A model generated the notes under the pieces. It made no database searches. It saw nothing but the letters and a program-made list of their open reading frames with translations, and had not been told where the DNA came from. From Eledone cirrhosa (Eukaryota), in NCBI GenBank assembly GCA_964016885.1, contig OZ024756.1:17050001-17114000 (forward strand): DNA of 64,000 nt, in the 5' to 3' direction. Both the position numbers and the translations under genes were made by a program. Within the stretch, counting starts at the first letter, position 1. Every line of letters starts with the position of its first letter. Shown here piece after piece: positions 45,129 to 58,870 of the stretch.

Positions 45129-47370
45129 CAGTGGTGGCTCGTGACTAAAATTAGTGGGGGTGCTGCTTCAGAAATGTTTAGCTATTGTTTTAATATTGTG
45201 TAAAACGAAACAAACATATAAAATGAAAATTTATACATAATCTTGATAAAATCCTAAACGAAAACATTATTTTTTACTTACTAATAAATTGTTGCAGTTC
45301 AAGCTTATCCATTCTTCTTGCTTTACTTTGGGCGAAAAGGTCAATAATTTTCTCCTTGCTCTCTGGATGACTGTTGAGGAAATCTTTCTCCATGTGAAAG
45401 CATTGCAAGTGTATTTAGTCTTTTAGCATTCATAATGTTCATTAGAAAAGTTTTTATTCTTTCAGTGTTGAAAAACAGCATTCTGGCTCTGATGTAGTCA
45501 TGGGAATTGTCATGAGGATTTTTTATAAGTTTCGTAATTTCACTTAGAACACAATCTAAGAGCCCCGCGGGGTGGGGTGGCTGTTGCAGCTGGAATGCTC
45601 GTACCGACTTGTCTGCGAGGCGCAGCGCCTTTACTGCAGCACCCTAGGCCCAGAGCCCATCACCCTCCCCACTCTTCTGTGACGCTAGATCCGTCGCCTT
45701 ACCCTTCCTTTTCCGTTTTTTTTAAATATTTTCTTATTTTTCTTTCTATTCTTTTTTGTCACTCTATTTTTTTTCTCTTTTTATAACTAAAATATTATTT
45801 TAAAAAAGAAACGAAGAATAATTTTCCAGCCCAATTAATTTGCAATATTCATGCATACCGGATCTACAATAGCAAACTTTTAGTTCAGTTTCAAGCTTTT
45901 CTTGTTGAACATTTTAGCTGCTACTAAGTGCTTAGTGGAAGAGTATCTGTCCATTATATCAACACATATGCAGTCATACACTTCCTTTGCTTCTGCCATT
46001 AGTGTCTTTGAAGGATTCTCACAGTACTTCGAGTGTCTTATTTCTAAAATAGCAGTTATGAAATCTGTTATATATCAATTGACTTTAAACATACTAATTT
46101 CTCGAGATAGCATTTGGTTGTAAATTACTTCAACATGAGGTATAATCTGATGAAAAAGCTCTAACCAAAATATGAAATTATCATCATTCAGGCATTTTAA
46201 AATCCCTGTTGCTTCTGCAGTGGTTTGATTTGCATTTGATGTTGACTGAATTTCAGTAAGGCAGTCTTTTAAAGGTTGCAAATTTTCATGAACTCTGTTC
46301 ACAGTCCGTATGTTAAAGTTCCACCTTGTAGAGGATGGATGAGGAATGCTGACGTCGATATGCTTCTTGAAAATGGATATATGTTGTGGTGATCTTCAGA
46401 AGAATGTTGGAGTAGCCAAAATATTAGAGAAAAATATTCTTGCGTTTCGTGTAATAATTGCTGCATAAAATTTCACGTTTCTTTTTAACCTTCATGTTAT
46501 GTTCATTGATTGAAAGTCTGTATGGCTCACTAAGTTTCTCCTTAATATTTGTTTCCCTAAATGTGATAGTGAAACCACATTTTCAACATGCTTCTTTGAC
46601 TTCATGTTTTTCAGTTTGTTTCTTTTATTTTTTTTATATTTCTAAAACTGTCTTTTGTCCATGTTACATCAACTTTAAACAGCAAACACGGGAAACAAAA
46701 CATTGCATTTTCCCCTTCACAGCCGCAGAGCCAACTTTTCGTTGGTACCATTCAGGATTAAAGCTACGAATATAAATCTTGTTACTTATTCAGGGTTATA
46801 TATTTGAATATCAAGTGTTGAACGGCCTCTTTTCTTAACTGTAACTTTCTCATGGAGAGACAACTGTTAACACTTAAGCTGTTGAAGTTCACTTGCTGTC
46901 ACATAACTTATTTCTTGGAGATGCAAGGAGGTCATGGTTAAATTATTTAAGTTTTCTATATAATAAAACAACCGGAAAAAAAAACCAATGAATTAAATAG
47001 AATAGCTGGAAGCATGATAATTATCTACAAGAATATGGTACACGGGTTTTAAGCACAGCACACGTTGAATAAAAAATAAACACTACTTTACACTTGGACA
47101 ACATGGTCGGCATAGCATGACGACAGTGCTCTCTCTAATCAGCGTGTGCGCATGCGCACAACAGCCAAACACTGCATCGCTGGAACTGTGAAGCATAGTT
47201 CTGGACAAGGACTTTTCATAAGGGAGGGGTTGGCTACGGACATTAAACTTAAGAATTATATAATGTACAAGTAGAAAAAAGAAGAAAAAAAACTCATTAT
47301 ATTGAATGTTATCGATAATATCGAGCGAAAATAGGTGGTGGTGCTGTTCCACGGTGCCTATACACTGTAC
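45129..47370 (-). mobile_element. Decayed hAT transposon with transposase remnants
   Basis: End CAGTGGTGGCTCGTG; peptide remnants such as EATGILKCLNDDNFIFWLELFHQI resemble hAT (ZMYM1-like) transposases; many stops; right boundary uncertain. Confidence 0.6.
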
Positions 47371-47564
47371 TGGCCGTCGATATTCTGTTTAAAGGACTGT
47401 GTTTGTTGTAGCGTTCGTGTATAGGTCGTTGTACACGCATCAACGCCGGCCTTGCTGTTCACTCGTTGAGTCTTTTGTCGGGGTATCCGAGCGAGCCCCA
47501 CTTTTTCTCGAAAGATGGCTTCTAACGCAATCTCTCTTATTGGTGCTGACCGCCGAGATTGCGT

Positions 47565-47768
47565 TTAACCCTTTAGCATTCACATTACTCTATATATACT
47601 ATTGTATTTTCATAGTAAAGGCTTTACCTTACATAATTATCTCTCATAATATTGAATCTACGAGATTTTGATATTTATTTGTCAATATGAGTGGCCAGTT
47701 ACGGCCGATTTGAACAGAAAGCGGTGAGAGAATTCTGGCCGGATATGGCCGGTTTAAATGCTAAAGGG
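47565..47768 (+). mobile_element. piggyBac-like MITE
   Basis: TTAA-CCCTTTAGCATT...AAATGCTAAAGGG. Confidence 0.7.
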
Positions 47769-48810
47769 CTGTGTTCGTTGTAGCGTTCGTGTATCGGTGG
47801 TTGTACAGGGCTCACCACCGGCTCTGCTGTTCGGTTGTTGAGTTTTTTGTCGGGGCGTCTGAGCGAACCCCCTTTTCCCGAAAGATGGCTTCCAACGCAA
47901 TCCCTCGTTTCAGTGCTGCCCTACAAGGTTCGGTCAAATGGGTCGTATTCACCGTAGCGTTCGATCGTTGGGAAAGGGTCACTGTTGATCCTGACATTTC
48001 TTAAATTTCGCAATCAGGTCCGTCGCCTCCCAGGTAAAAAGGATTTATTTTATAGAGCTTCACTTCCACACAGTTTTAATATTTTGTGAGTCTGAAAAAA
48101 AGTGATTTGACTGAACTTCTCCGCTTGAATGGTCGTTGGTGTAGTTTTCGTTAGAAAGAAAATAGAAAAATGATCAGTTCAGATGTAATTTATTGAACTT
48201 GCACCAAAAGATCGATTTGTAGTTCTATAATATTAGGTCCCAGGTATCTGTGATCATGCAGGTACAAATTTGGAATGTCGGTTGCGAACGAAAGCTACCT
48301 GTGAAACAAAAAGCAGGCGACGATCGGCAAAATTGATTTGGAAAAACTTTGACAAGTGGCTAAATATCTGGTACCTGATAGCTAATAGAGGAAATATATA
48401 ATACAGTATTTTAGTGAAACACATGTAATGAATTAGAACGCATAAATATTCATAAAGCAGGTTCCTCACAGATAGCTACAATTAAAACTGCAATCGTGGT
48501 CACATAATCTGCTAGTAATAGTACTCAAATTTCCCTCAAACCAAATCCCAGTTTTAAAAACATTATTGAAGCACTGCCTAAAACGTGACGTGGCAGCCAT
48601 GGTTGGAATGCCTTTGATCACATAACTGTTCGATTGAGGCTAAAGAACTATTAAAACTAAAACTAGGAAAGAAATAAGAAATTTATGGGCACCAATTCAA
48701 ACATTGTGCAACTATTAACTTACAGCTTTTACTTAACTCATCTCTCCTTAATATTCCTCTAACTCTACTACTACAACCTTCCCTTTTGCAACTTGCTATA
48801 TTAATACTAT

Positions 48811-48958
48811 AGGCGGCGAATTGGCAGAGTCGTTAGAACGTCGGATAGAATACTTTAAGGTATTCATTCCAGCTCTCAGAGTTCAAATCCCACCGAGGTC
48901 AACTTTGCCTTTCATCCTTTCGAGGTCGATAAAAAAAGTACCAGTCTAATACTGGGGT
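48811..48958 (+). mobile_element. SINE family 1-related copy
   Basis: GAGTTCAAATCCCACCGAGGTCAACTTTGCCTTTCATCC. Confidence 0.75.
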
Positions 48959-49317
48959 TAATTCTTCCCCTATATCTCCTTCTCATTTCCTCTCTCTCAC
49001 TTTCTATCTGTCTCTGGAAGAAATCTGCTGTACTCAGGCCTGGAGATGGAGAGGCTCTGCCAGGCTTAAAATGCCCAAGAAACGCCATAAGGTCAATGCA
49101 GCACCCCTACGACTCTATTAAGAGTTACAGGACCATACATACATATTAATACTATTCCCACAAGTTCAATTATCAATATCATATAACTCTATACTAGCAC
49201 TACCATAGTTCAGAGTAGCTAGTTCAGGTGGTAAGAAACTCTCAGGAGAGCTGGACAGCAGAAGGTCTTCAGAGAAAAAACCCCACTTAACCCTTTAGCA
49301 TTTACATTACTCTATAT

Positions 49318-51239
49318 CAGTGGTTCTCAACCTTTTGAGCACCATGGCCCACCTCAACATCTAAAACATTGTTATTTCCCCCTTTGACATGAACAGCCAT
49401 GATCAACTGCAAAGTGTAAACGAATTGGTGTATAAGTGATGCCAAATACACAATAACATATGGAGGAGGTGAGACGGAAGTTTTTCTCAGTAATGTCTAC
49501 CAAAGTTACCTTGGTATAAGTGATGCCAAATACACAATAAGATATGTAGGAGGTGAGACGGAAGTTTTTCACAGTAATGTCTACCAAAGTTACCTTGGTA
49601 TAAGTGATGCCAAATACACAATAAGATATGTAGGAGGTGAGACGGAAGTTTTTCACAGTAATGTCTACCAAAGTTACCTTGGTATAAGTGATGCCAAATA
49701 CACAATAAGATATGTAGGAGGTGAGACGGAAGTTTTTCACAGTAATGTCTACCAAAGTTACCTTGGTATAAGTGATGCCAAATACACAATAACATATGGA
49801 GGAGGTGAGACGGAAGTTTTTCACAGTAATGTCTACCAAAGTTACCTTGGTATAAGTGATGCCAAATACACAATAAGATATGTAGGAGGTGAGACAGGAG
49901 TTTTTCACAGTAATGTCTACCAAAGTTACCTTGGTATAAGTGAAGCCCAAATACACAATAACATATGGAGGTGGTGAGACAGGAGTTTTTCACAGTAATG
50001 TCTACCAAAGTTACCTTGGTATAGGTGGTGCCAAATACACAATAACATATGGAGGTGGTGAGACAGGAGTTTTTCTCAGTAATGTCTACCAAAGTTACCT
50101 TGGTATAGGTGGTGCCAAATACACAATAACATATGGAGGTGGTGAGACAGGAGTTTTTCTCAGTAATGTCTACCAAAGTTACCTTGGTATAGGTGGTGCC
50201 AAATACACAATAACATATGGAGGAGGTGAGACAGGAGTTTTTCTCAGTAATGTCTACCAAAGTTACCTTGGTATAGGTGGTGCCAAATACACAATAACAT
50301 ATGGAGGTGGTGAGACAGGAGTTTTTCTCAGTAATGTCTACCAAAGTTACCTTGGTATAGGTGGTGCCAAATACACAATAACATATGGAGGAGGTGAGAC
50401 AGGAGTTTTTCTCAGTAATGTCTACCAAAGTTACCTTGGTATAGGTGGTGCCAAATACACAATAACATATGGAGGTGGTGAGACAGGAGTTTTTCACAGT
50501 AATGTCTACCAAAGTTACCTTGGTATAAGTGATGCCAAATACACAATAACATATGGAGGTGGTGAGACAGGAGTTTTTCACAGTAATGTCTACCAAAGTT
50601 ACCTTGGTATAAGTGATGCCAAATACACAATAACATATGGAGGAGGTGAGACGGGAGTTTTTCTCAGTAATGTCTACCAAAGTTACCTTGGTATAAGTGA
50701 TGCCAAATACACAATAACATATGGAGGAGGTGAGACGGAAGTTTTTCTCAGTAATGTCTACCAAAGTTACCTTAGTATAAGTGATGCCAAATACACAATA
50801 ACATATGGAGGAGGTGAGACGGAAGTTTTTCTCAGTAATGTCTACCAAAGTTACCTTGGTATAGGTGGTGCCAAATACACAATAACATATGGAGGAGGTG
50901 AGACGGAAGTTTTTCACAGTAATGTCTACCAAAATTGCATTGGTATAGGTGGTGCCAAATGTACAATAACATGTGGAGGAGGTGAGACGGGAGTTTTTCA
51001 CAGTAATGTCTACCAAAATTGCATTGGTATAGGTGGTGCCAAATGTACAATAACATGTGCGGAGAAGGTGAGACAGGAGTTTCTGACAGTAATGTGTACC
51101 AAAGTTACCTTGGTGTAAAAGTAATAAAATAAAACCTGAGGTTTGTTCTTATTAACATCATTTTCAAATGGCCCCCTTAAATATTCAAATAGCACCCCCG
51201 CCCCTCCTGTGGGATGTGCACCCACGTTGGAAATCACTG
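49318..51239. mobile_element. hAT/Charlie-like MITE containing an 84-bp array
   Basis: TIR CAGTGGTTCTCAAC / GTTGGAAATCACTG; perfect 8-bp TSD CTCTATAT. Confidence 0.8.
49430..51115. repeat. 84-bp minisatellite (about 20 copies)
   Basis: Unit AAATACACAATAACATATGGAGGAGGTGAGAC...GGTATAAGTGATGCC. Confidence 0.97.
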
Positions 51240-51514
51240 CTCTATATATAATATTGTATTTTCATGGTAATTACCTCACAAAATATTGAATCTGAGATTT
51301 TGATATTATTTATTTTGAGAATACCTTAATATCAGTCTGAGCAGCCAGTTAGGGCCGGTTTGAACTGAAAGAGGTGAGAGAATTCTGACCAGTTTAAATG
51401 CTAAAGAGTTAAGTGAATAATTCAGTCTTTAACTTCAGCTATCTGTATTGTATAGTTCAATATTGGGACCTTATTACTCTTGAGTAATAAGGTCCACTGC
51501 ATTATGGGAAGGCA

Positions 51515-51822
51515 CTACTTCGATTACGACGATGAGTGTTCCAGTTGGTCCAATCAATGGAACAGCGTGTTGTGAAATTAATGTGCAAGTGACTGAGCAT
51601 TCCACAAACACGTGTACCCTTAAAGTAGTTCTCGAGAAGATTCGGCGTGACACAGAACACGACAAGGCTGGCGCTTTGAATTACAGGTACAACTGATTTT
51701 TGCCAGCTGAGTGGACTTGAGTAACATGAAATAAAGTGTCTTGCTCAAGGACACAACACCAGGAATCGAACTCACGCCCCTACAATCATGAGCCGAATTC
51801 CCCTAACCACAAAGCCACACGT
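51515..51822 (-). mobile_element. tRNA-derived SINE sharing the central domain of family 2
   Basis: GAGTTCGATTCC B box; CCTTGAGCAAGACACTTTATTTCA; relative at about 16890-17130. Confidence 0.7.
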
Positions 51823-51915
51823 CTTATACTAGCATTATTTACTCCCACATTTACAAGAAGAACAACAAATGATATATGTTAGTTGTCAGTTAGTAGATTT
51901 ATTTAAAATTACATT

Positions 51916-52335
51916 TTACAAAATAGCATTTTTCTTTGATGGAAGCGTCTCTTTGGTCTGTGACATTTCTTTAGCATCTCTTTTCTCATTCTCCGGTTTC
52001 TTATTACGTTCAGGAGTAGCAAGATAACTCCCCCCTTCCCAAAGTCTTTTGTTCAAGAGTTGTGTAAGCAATGGACATATGTCCAGATATACAACTCTGT
52101 CCTGATCATCAACATAAGCTTTGAGGAGGGAACGAACAACAGGCAATTCCCACTCTTTCAAACCACTTCTGAAATTTCTTAAAATATACATCATCGTGTC
52201 CATATCACAGAATCCACTTTGTTCGTCATCAAGTTCTGTAAAGGCCACCATCAGTTCATCGAATCGACTCGGTGGAAACAAATCGTCTTTGCCATTAAGG
52301 GACTTGCTCATATCTTGATCTTTGTAGTCAGGCAT
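51916..52335 (-). CDS. EF-hand-pair (calmodulin-fold-like) protein, 139 aa from first ATG; may be the terminal part of a longer gene
   Basis: ELMVAFTELDDEQSGFCDMDTMMYIL and VVRSLLKAYVDDQDRVVYLDICPLL match helix-loop-helix EF-hand spacing; non-repetitive composition; AATAAA (minus, 51898-51903) just after the stop. Confidence 0.65.
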   Translation of the reverse strand: MPDYKDQDMSKSLNGKDDLFPPSRFDELMVAFTELDDEQSGFCDMDTMMYILRNFRSGLKEWELPVVRSLLKAYVDDQDRVVYLDICPLLTQLLNKRLWEGGSYLATPERNKKPENEKRDAKEMSQTKETLPSKKNAIL

Positions 52336-53774
52336 AATGTTTGAGGATTTAGACTGTACCTCTGGTGAAATGGCCAAGGATTTCAAATACCAAATTGCAG
52401 CAAATTTGGTGAAATGGACAGGAATTGAAGATAACTAGTGTAAATCTGGTGAAATGGCTGAAGAATTCAAATGTTGAGGTAGTTAATAGTCTGGTAAAAT
52501 ATTAAAGATTAGAGGTTCTGAGATATTGTTGAAATGATATGAAATATCTAAATGACAATTGGAGGTACTGAAAAATGGTAAAATGATTCAGGATATCTAG
52601 TACTGTTGTAGTAAAATCACTCAGGATTTTAAGGTACAATATCAATATTGATGGTGAAGAATTATTTTGAAATTTATTCTATACAAATTCTTCAGAGTTT
52701 TATGAAATATGAAATATCTGTAAAGTTTATAAAATCCTAAACTGCATGTTTGATTATATTTTTTTGATTGTATCTGGTTCAGACAGATATATAAAGTTCA
52801 ATCTTTGAAGTAGAATGTCTGAAAATACTCCTGAAATTATGTCTGTTTAGTTTAAACTCAGCTTTCAGTGATTTGGATGAAATAGTCAGTCAATGGTATA
52901 TTATCTTTTCTTTTTCTTGATGGATAAATCCCAACAAATTCTTGGGCAGGTTAAAAATATAAAAAGCTTTCTTTAAAAATATTTTTAAAATGCGTTTTCA
53001 GTGTAGAAAGAAATCAAGCAAAAAGTAAATTGGATTGAGATAACAAAACTGCAAAACTGGTAAACTATCGTTGTGTCTAGTTATTTCATATTGGAATTGT
53101 GGTGAACATGTTCAATGGAAAAAATGTAGACCTGGTTGTTGCTGTATTGATAGTTCTTTCAAATAACAACAAAAGCTGTTATCTCACACCAAGAGACACT
53201 TCAGTTGGTCTGAATGATGTTTCTGCAAAGTTTATTAATGTCAACAGTCAGTACACTATTGTATAGTATTGTGGGGTGTGATGGTGGAGTGAGGTAATGT
53301 GGGTGAGATTTACTGAGATGCACACCAAGAGTCAAGCAAAAGAAAGAATACAGTTACTGTAGTAGTGATACTAGTAGTTGTAGTTGGTTAAAAAACATCT
53401 TTCTTCCGCCAATTTTTCTTTCTCAGGAACGGAAGAGAAGCAATGACTGTTGTGTCTGCTGTTGTCACATCATGGGCCTAAAATTGAAATATTGTAGTTA
53501 GATAACAACAAAATTAACATCAACAATACATAAAACCTCTCTCTTTATCTCAAACTATTCCTTTCTCCTTTTTTTATACTTTCTTTGTCTTACTTCGACC
53601 TGCCACGAGTTGTGACCTTTTTGTAGCCCCCCCCCCCCCCCCCCCCAAAAAACCATTCCTTGTGGAGTTATAGAGACGCCATCATACGGTGTGTCTAGAA
53701 CACTTTTAAACCTAGCAGAGCCCAACCCTCTCCAGGTGTGAACACAGCCAATTTTTTTCTATAGAGGAAGAATT

Positions 53775-53932
53775 GACCCCAGTACTGGACTGGTACTTTT
53801 TTTATCGACATCGAAAGGATGAAAGGTAAAGTTGACCACAGCAGGATTTGAAGTCAGAGCGTGCAATGAGGTGGGACGACTACCGTAAAGCATTCTATAC
53901 GATGTCTTAATGACTCTGCCAATTCGCCACCT
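53775..53932 (-). mobile_element. Diverged SINE family 1
   Basis: GGATGAAAGGTAAAGTTGACC core; sits between two copies of an approx. 115-bp segment (53498-53618, 53937-54053). Confidence 0.7.
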
Positions 53933-54134
53933 ATATTAGATAACAACAAAGTTAACATCAACAATACATAAAACCTCTCTTTCCCCCTCTCAAACTATTC
54001 CTTTCTCTTTTATACTTTCTTTGTCTTACTCTGACCAGCCTAGAGTTGTGACCTGTCAAAAGTTGTGACCAGCAGATAATATCAACAATGGAAAGACCAA
54101 TGAAATCATTGTTTTCATTGGACTGATCTGAGAA

Positions 54135-54460
54135 TTGACTCCTTTCAGAGAGTCACTCCGGGTAGAGCCGCTACTTCTCCAAATTGGGAGATCACAACTA
54201 TGTGACACTATGGGCATGTGGTTAGAATGTCTCAGGAAAGAATCACTGGTCAGATTTTATGGGCAAAACCAACCGGCAGGAGACCCAGGGGTAAACCCCC
54301 AGCAAGATGGTTGGATAATATCCATGAGCTTGGTTGGTCATGCTTGGAGGGTTCCAGCTGGATCGATTGTAGATGGTTGCTTCTGATAGGGCCTGTTGGA
54401 GGGAGTGTTTGAGAACTCTGCTCCTCACGACCCTCTCAGAAATAAGTGGGCGAAGAAAAG
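54135..54460 (+). mobile_element. RTE-clade LINE 3' fragment
   Basis: RESLRVEPLLLQI, GHVVRMSQER, PTGRRPRGKPPARW motifs. Confidence 0.75.
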
Positions 54461-54730
54461 AAAGAAAGATGTTAAAAGACATGGTGAGCCCCTTGTTAGA
54501 AAATTGCACCAGAATTTCTCACAAAAATTGAAAACAAACTTTTTAATAAATTTGAATCTCCTATAGATTGTGAGGCCCTAAGCTATAGCTTTTATTTAGT
54601 GTATGTCTAAATTAGACAGTGGTCCCTGTGTTAAACAATCATTCAGATTCTCAAGATGGAATCATGCAATATATCTAGTGCTGTGCTCTTTAAACTATGT
54701 GCATTTATATTATTCTATATTTACTATTAT

Positions 54731-55060
54731 GGAGGCACATGGCTTAGTGGTTAGAGCATTGGCCTTGCAATCGAAAGGTTGTGAGTTCAATTCTCAGACC
54801 AGGTGATGTGTTGTTTCCTTGAAGAAGACACTTTATTTCACATTGCTCCAGTTTACTCAGCTGTAGAAATGAGATGATAGGACTGGAGTCCCTATCATTC
54901 CACTGCAAAGGGGTCGTGGAGGTGCCACGGCAAAAAAGCACCCAGCACTCACTGTAAATGAGGTTGGTGTTAGGAAGGGCATCCAGCTGTAGAAATCAAG
55001 CCAGAATCAGTTCCCGTCCCACCCTTGCAAGCAGGGAAAAGCGGACGTAAAATGATGATG
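54731..55060 (+). mobile_element. SINE family 2 inside a piggyBac-like MITE (about 54690-55247)
   Basis: A box TGGCTTAGTGG; B box GAGTTCAATTCT; (ATG)n tail. Confidence 0.85.
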
Positions 55061-55489
55061 ATTTTAGTGGTAAAGGCTTCACCTCACATAATTATCTCAC
55101 ATAATATCGAATGTACAAGATTTTGATATTATTTATTTTGAGAACAATACCTTAACGTCAGTATGAGCAACCAGTTATGGCTGGTTTGAACAGAAAGAGG
55201 TGAGAGAATTCTGGCTGGATACAGCCGGTTTAAATGTTAAATGGTTAAGAATGGCAGAATAATTCTTGGCTTTGGTTCTGTCTGAATTTATACACAAACT
55301 GAACATTTGTATAAATATAAAATCAATCATATTATCTTCCAAACTACCACCTCACATTAACACTATTATTACCACATCCTTACGAGGTTGATACAATAAA
55401 GTACCAGTAATGCACTGGGATAATTGCTGGCCTTGTGCCAAAAATAGAAACAATTATAATTACCACTAGACTACCACCACTGCACTAAC

Positions 55490-58400
55490 ATATAAACACG
55501 ACCCATACACTAATATATAAACACTATTATAACACTACACTATGACCCATACACTAATATATAAACACTATTATTACCACTACACTACGACCCATACACT
55601 AATATATAAACACTATGACCCATACACTAATATATAAACACTATGACCCATACACTAATATATAAACACTATGACCCATACACTAATATATAAACACTAT
55701 TATAACACTACACTATGACCCATACACTAATATATAAACACTATTATAACACTACACTATGACCCATACACTAATATATAAACACTATTATTACCACTAC
55801 ACTACGACCCATACACTAATATATAAACACTATTATTACCACTACACTACGACCCATACACTAATATATAAACACTATGACCCATACACTAATATATAAA
55901 CACTATGACCCATACACTAATATATAAACACTATGACCCATACACTAATATATAAACACTATTATAACACTACACTATGACCCATACACTAATATATAAA
56001 CACTATTATAACACTACACTATGACCCATACACTAATATATAAACACTATTATTACCACTACACTACGACCCATACACTAATATATAAACACTATTATTA
56101 CCACTACACTACGACCCTTCTACACTTCTACACTTCTACAAACACTACAATACACTCATCAAAAACACACCAACACCACACCAACAAACACTGCAACACC
56201 ACACCAAAACATCAACACCACACCAAAAACACCAACACCACACCAAAAACACCAACACTACACCAAAAATACCAACACCACACCAAAAATACCAACACCA
56301 CACCAAAAACACCAACACTACACCAAAAACACCAACACCACACCAAAAATACCAACACCACACCAAAAATACCAACACCACACCAAAAATACCAACACCA
56401 CACCAAAAATACCAACACCACACCAAAAATACCAACACCACACCAAAAACACCAACACTACACCAAAAACACCAACACCACACCAAAAATACCAACACCA
56501 CACCAAAAACACCAACACTACACCAAAAACACCAACACTACACCAAAAATACCAACACCACACCAAAAATACCAACACCACACCAAAAACACCAACACTA
56601 CACCAAAAACACCAACACCACACCAAAAATACCAACACCACACCAAAAATACCAACACTACACCAAAAACACCAACACTACACCAAAAACACCAACACCA
56701 CACCAAAAATACCAACACCACACCAAAAATACCAACACCACACCAAAAACACCAACACTACACCAAAAACACCAACACCACACCAAAAATACCAACACCA
56801 CACCAAAAACACCAACACCACACCAAAAACACCAACACTACACCAAAAATACCAACACCACACCAAAAATACCAACACCACACCAAAAACACCAACACTA
56901 CACCAAAAACACCAACACCACACCAAAAATACCAACACCACACCAAAAATACCAACACCACACCAAAAATACCAACACCACACCAAAAACACCAACACTA
57001 CACCAAAAACACCAACACCACACCAAAAATACCAACACCACACCAAAAATACCAACACCACACCAAAAACACCAACACCACACCAAAAACACCAACAACA
57101 CACCAAAATACCAACACCACACCAAAATACCAACACCACACTAAAAACATCAACACCACACCAAAAACACCAACACTACACCAAAATACCAACACCACAC
57201 TAAAAACATGAACACCACCAAAAACACCAACACTACACCAAAAACACCAACACCACACCAAAAACACCAACACCACACCAAAATACCAACACTACACCAA
57301 AAACACCAACACCACACCAAAAACACCAACAACACACCAACAACACACCAAAAACACCAACACCACACCAAAAACACCAACACCACACCAAAAACACCAA
57401 CACCACACCAAAAACACCAACACCACACCAAAAACACCAACACTACACCTAAAACACCAACACCACACCAAAAACACCAATACCACACCAAAAACACCAA
57501 CACCACACCAAAAACACCAACACCACACCAAAAACACACCAAAAACACCAACACTACACCTAAAACACCAACACCACACCAAAAACACCAACACCACACC
57601 AAAAACATCAACACCACACCACACCCAAAACACCAATACACCATCAAAAACACCAACACCACACCAAAAACACCAATACAACACCCAAAACACCAACACC
57701 ACACCAAAAACACCAACACTATAAACACACCAATACCACACCTAAACACAAACCTATCACTCTTACACCAACATATACACCACCATAAAACAATACCACA
57801 TTTATACAAACAATCCAACACCAACATAGATATACAACAACAAACACTCCACTAACACCAGTAACACATGAACACCTCCACAAACACATGAACACGACCA
57901 CTAACGCTCCAACAACACCACAAACACACCAACACCAAGAACACTCCAACACTAGCATAAACACATGAACACAACCACTCCAACACCAACAACATCACAA
58001 ACACTCCAACAACACCACAAACAGTCCGACACCATCAGAAACACACCAACACTTGAACAAACACTCCACCACCACCACCAGGAACACTTAAACACCTCCA
58101 CAAGCACTCCTACACCACCACTAGGAATATTCCAACACCACTACAAACACACCAACACCACCACAAACACTCTACCACCACCATCAGAAACACTCCAACA
58201 CCACAACTACACACACTCCAACACCACAAGAAACACTCCAACACCACAACTACACACACTCCACCACCACCAGGAACACTCCTACACCACCTCAAACACT
58301 CCACCACCACAACTACACACACTCCAACACCACAAGAAACACTCCTACACCACCTCAAACACTCCACCACCACAACTACACACACTCCAACACCACAAGA

Positions 58401-58870
58401 AACACTCCTACACCACCTCAAACACTCCACCACCACAACTACACACACTCCACCACCGCCAGGAACACTCCAACACCACCGGGAACACTCCTCCACCACC
58501 GGGAACACTCCACCACCACCACCAGGAACACTCCAACACCACAACTACACACACTCCAACACCACCAGGAACACTTCTCCACCACCACAAACACTCCAAC
58601 ACCACCAGAAACACTCCAACACGACCAGGAACACTCCAACACGACCAGGAACACTCAAACACCACCATAAGCACTCCACCACCACCACCACCAGGAACAC
58701 TCCAAGACCACAACTACACATACTCCAACACCACCAGGAACACTCCTCCACCACCACAAACACTCCAACACCACCAGGAACACTCCAACACCACCAGAAA
58801 CACTCCACCACCACCACAACTACACACACTCCACCACCACCAGGAACACTCCTACACAACACCACCAGAA
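55490..58870. repeat. Three adjacent A/C-rich minisatellites
   Basis: ATGACCCATACACTAATATATAAACACT-type (55490-56118); 20-bp CACCAAAAACACCAACACCA (56160-57720); CCAGGAACACTCCAACACCA-type (58050-58870). Confidence 0.95.

Larger units (their letters stand above)
49287..51412 (+). mobile_element. piggyBac-like MITE hosting a hAT MITE
   Basis: TTAA at 49287-49290 and 51409-51412; body split at CTCTATAT. Confidence 0.8.

Noticed and set aside
54731-54810. tRNA gene
   Set aside because: tRNA-like head of a multi-copy SINE, continuing into SINE body and tail
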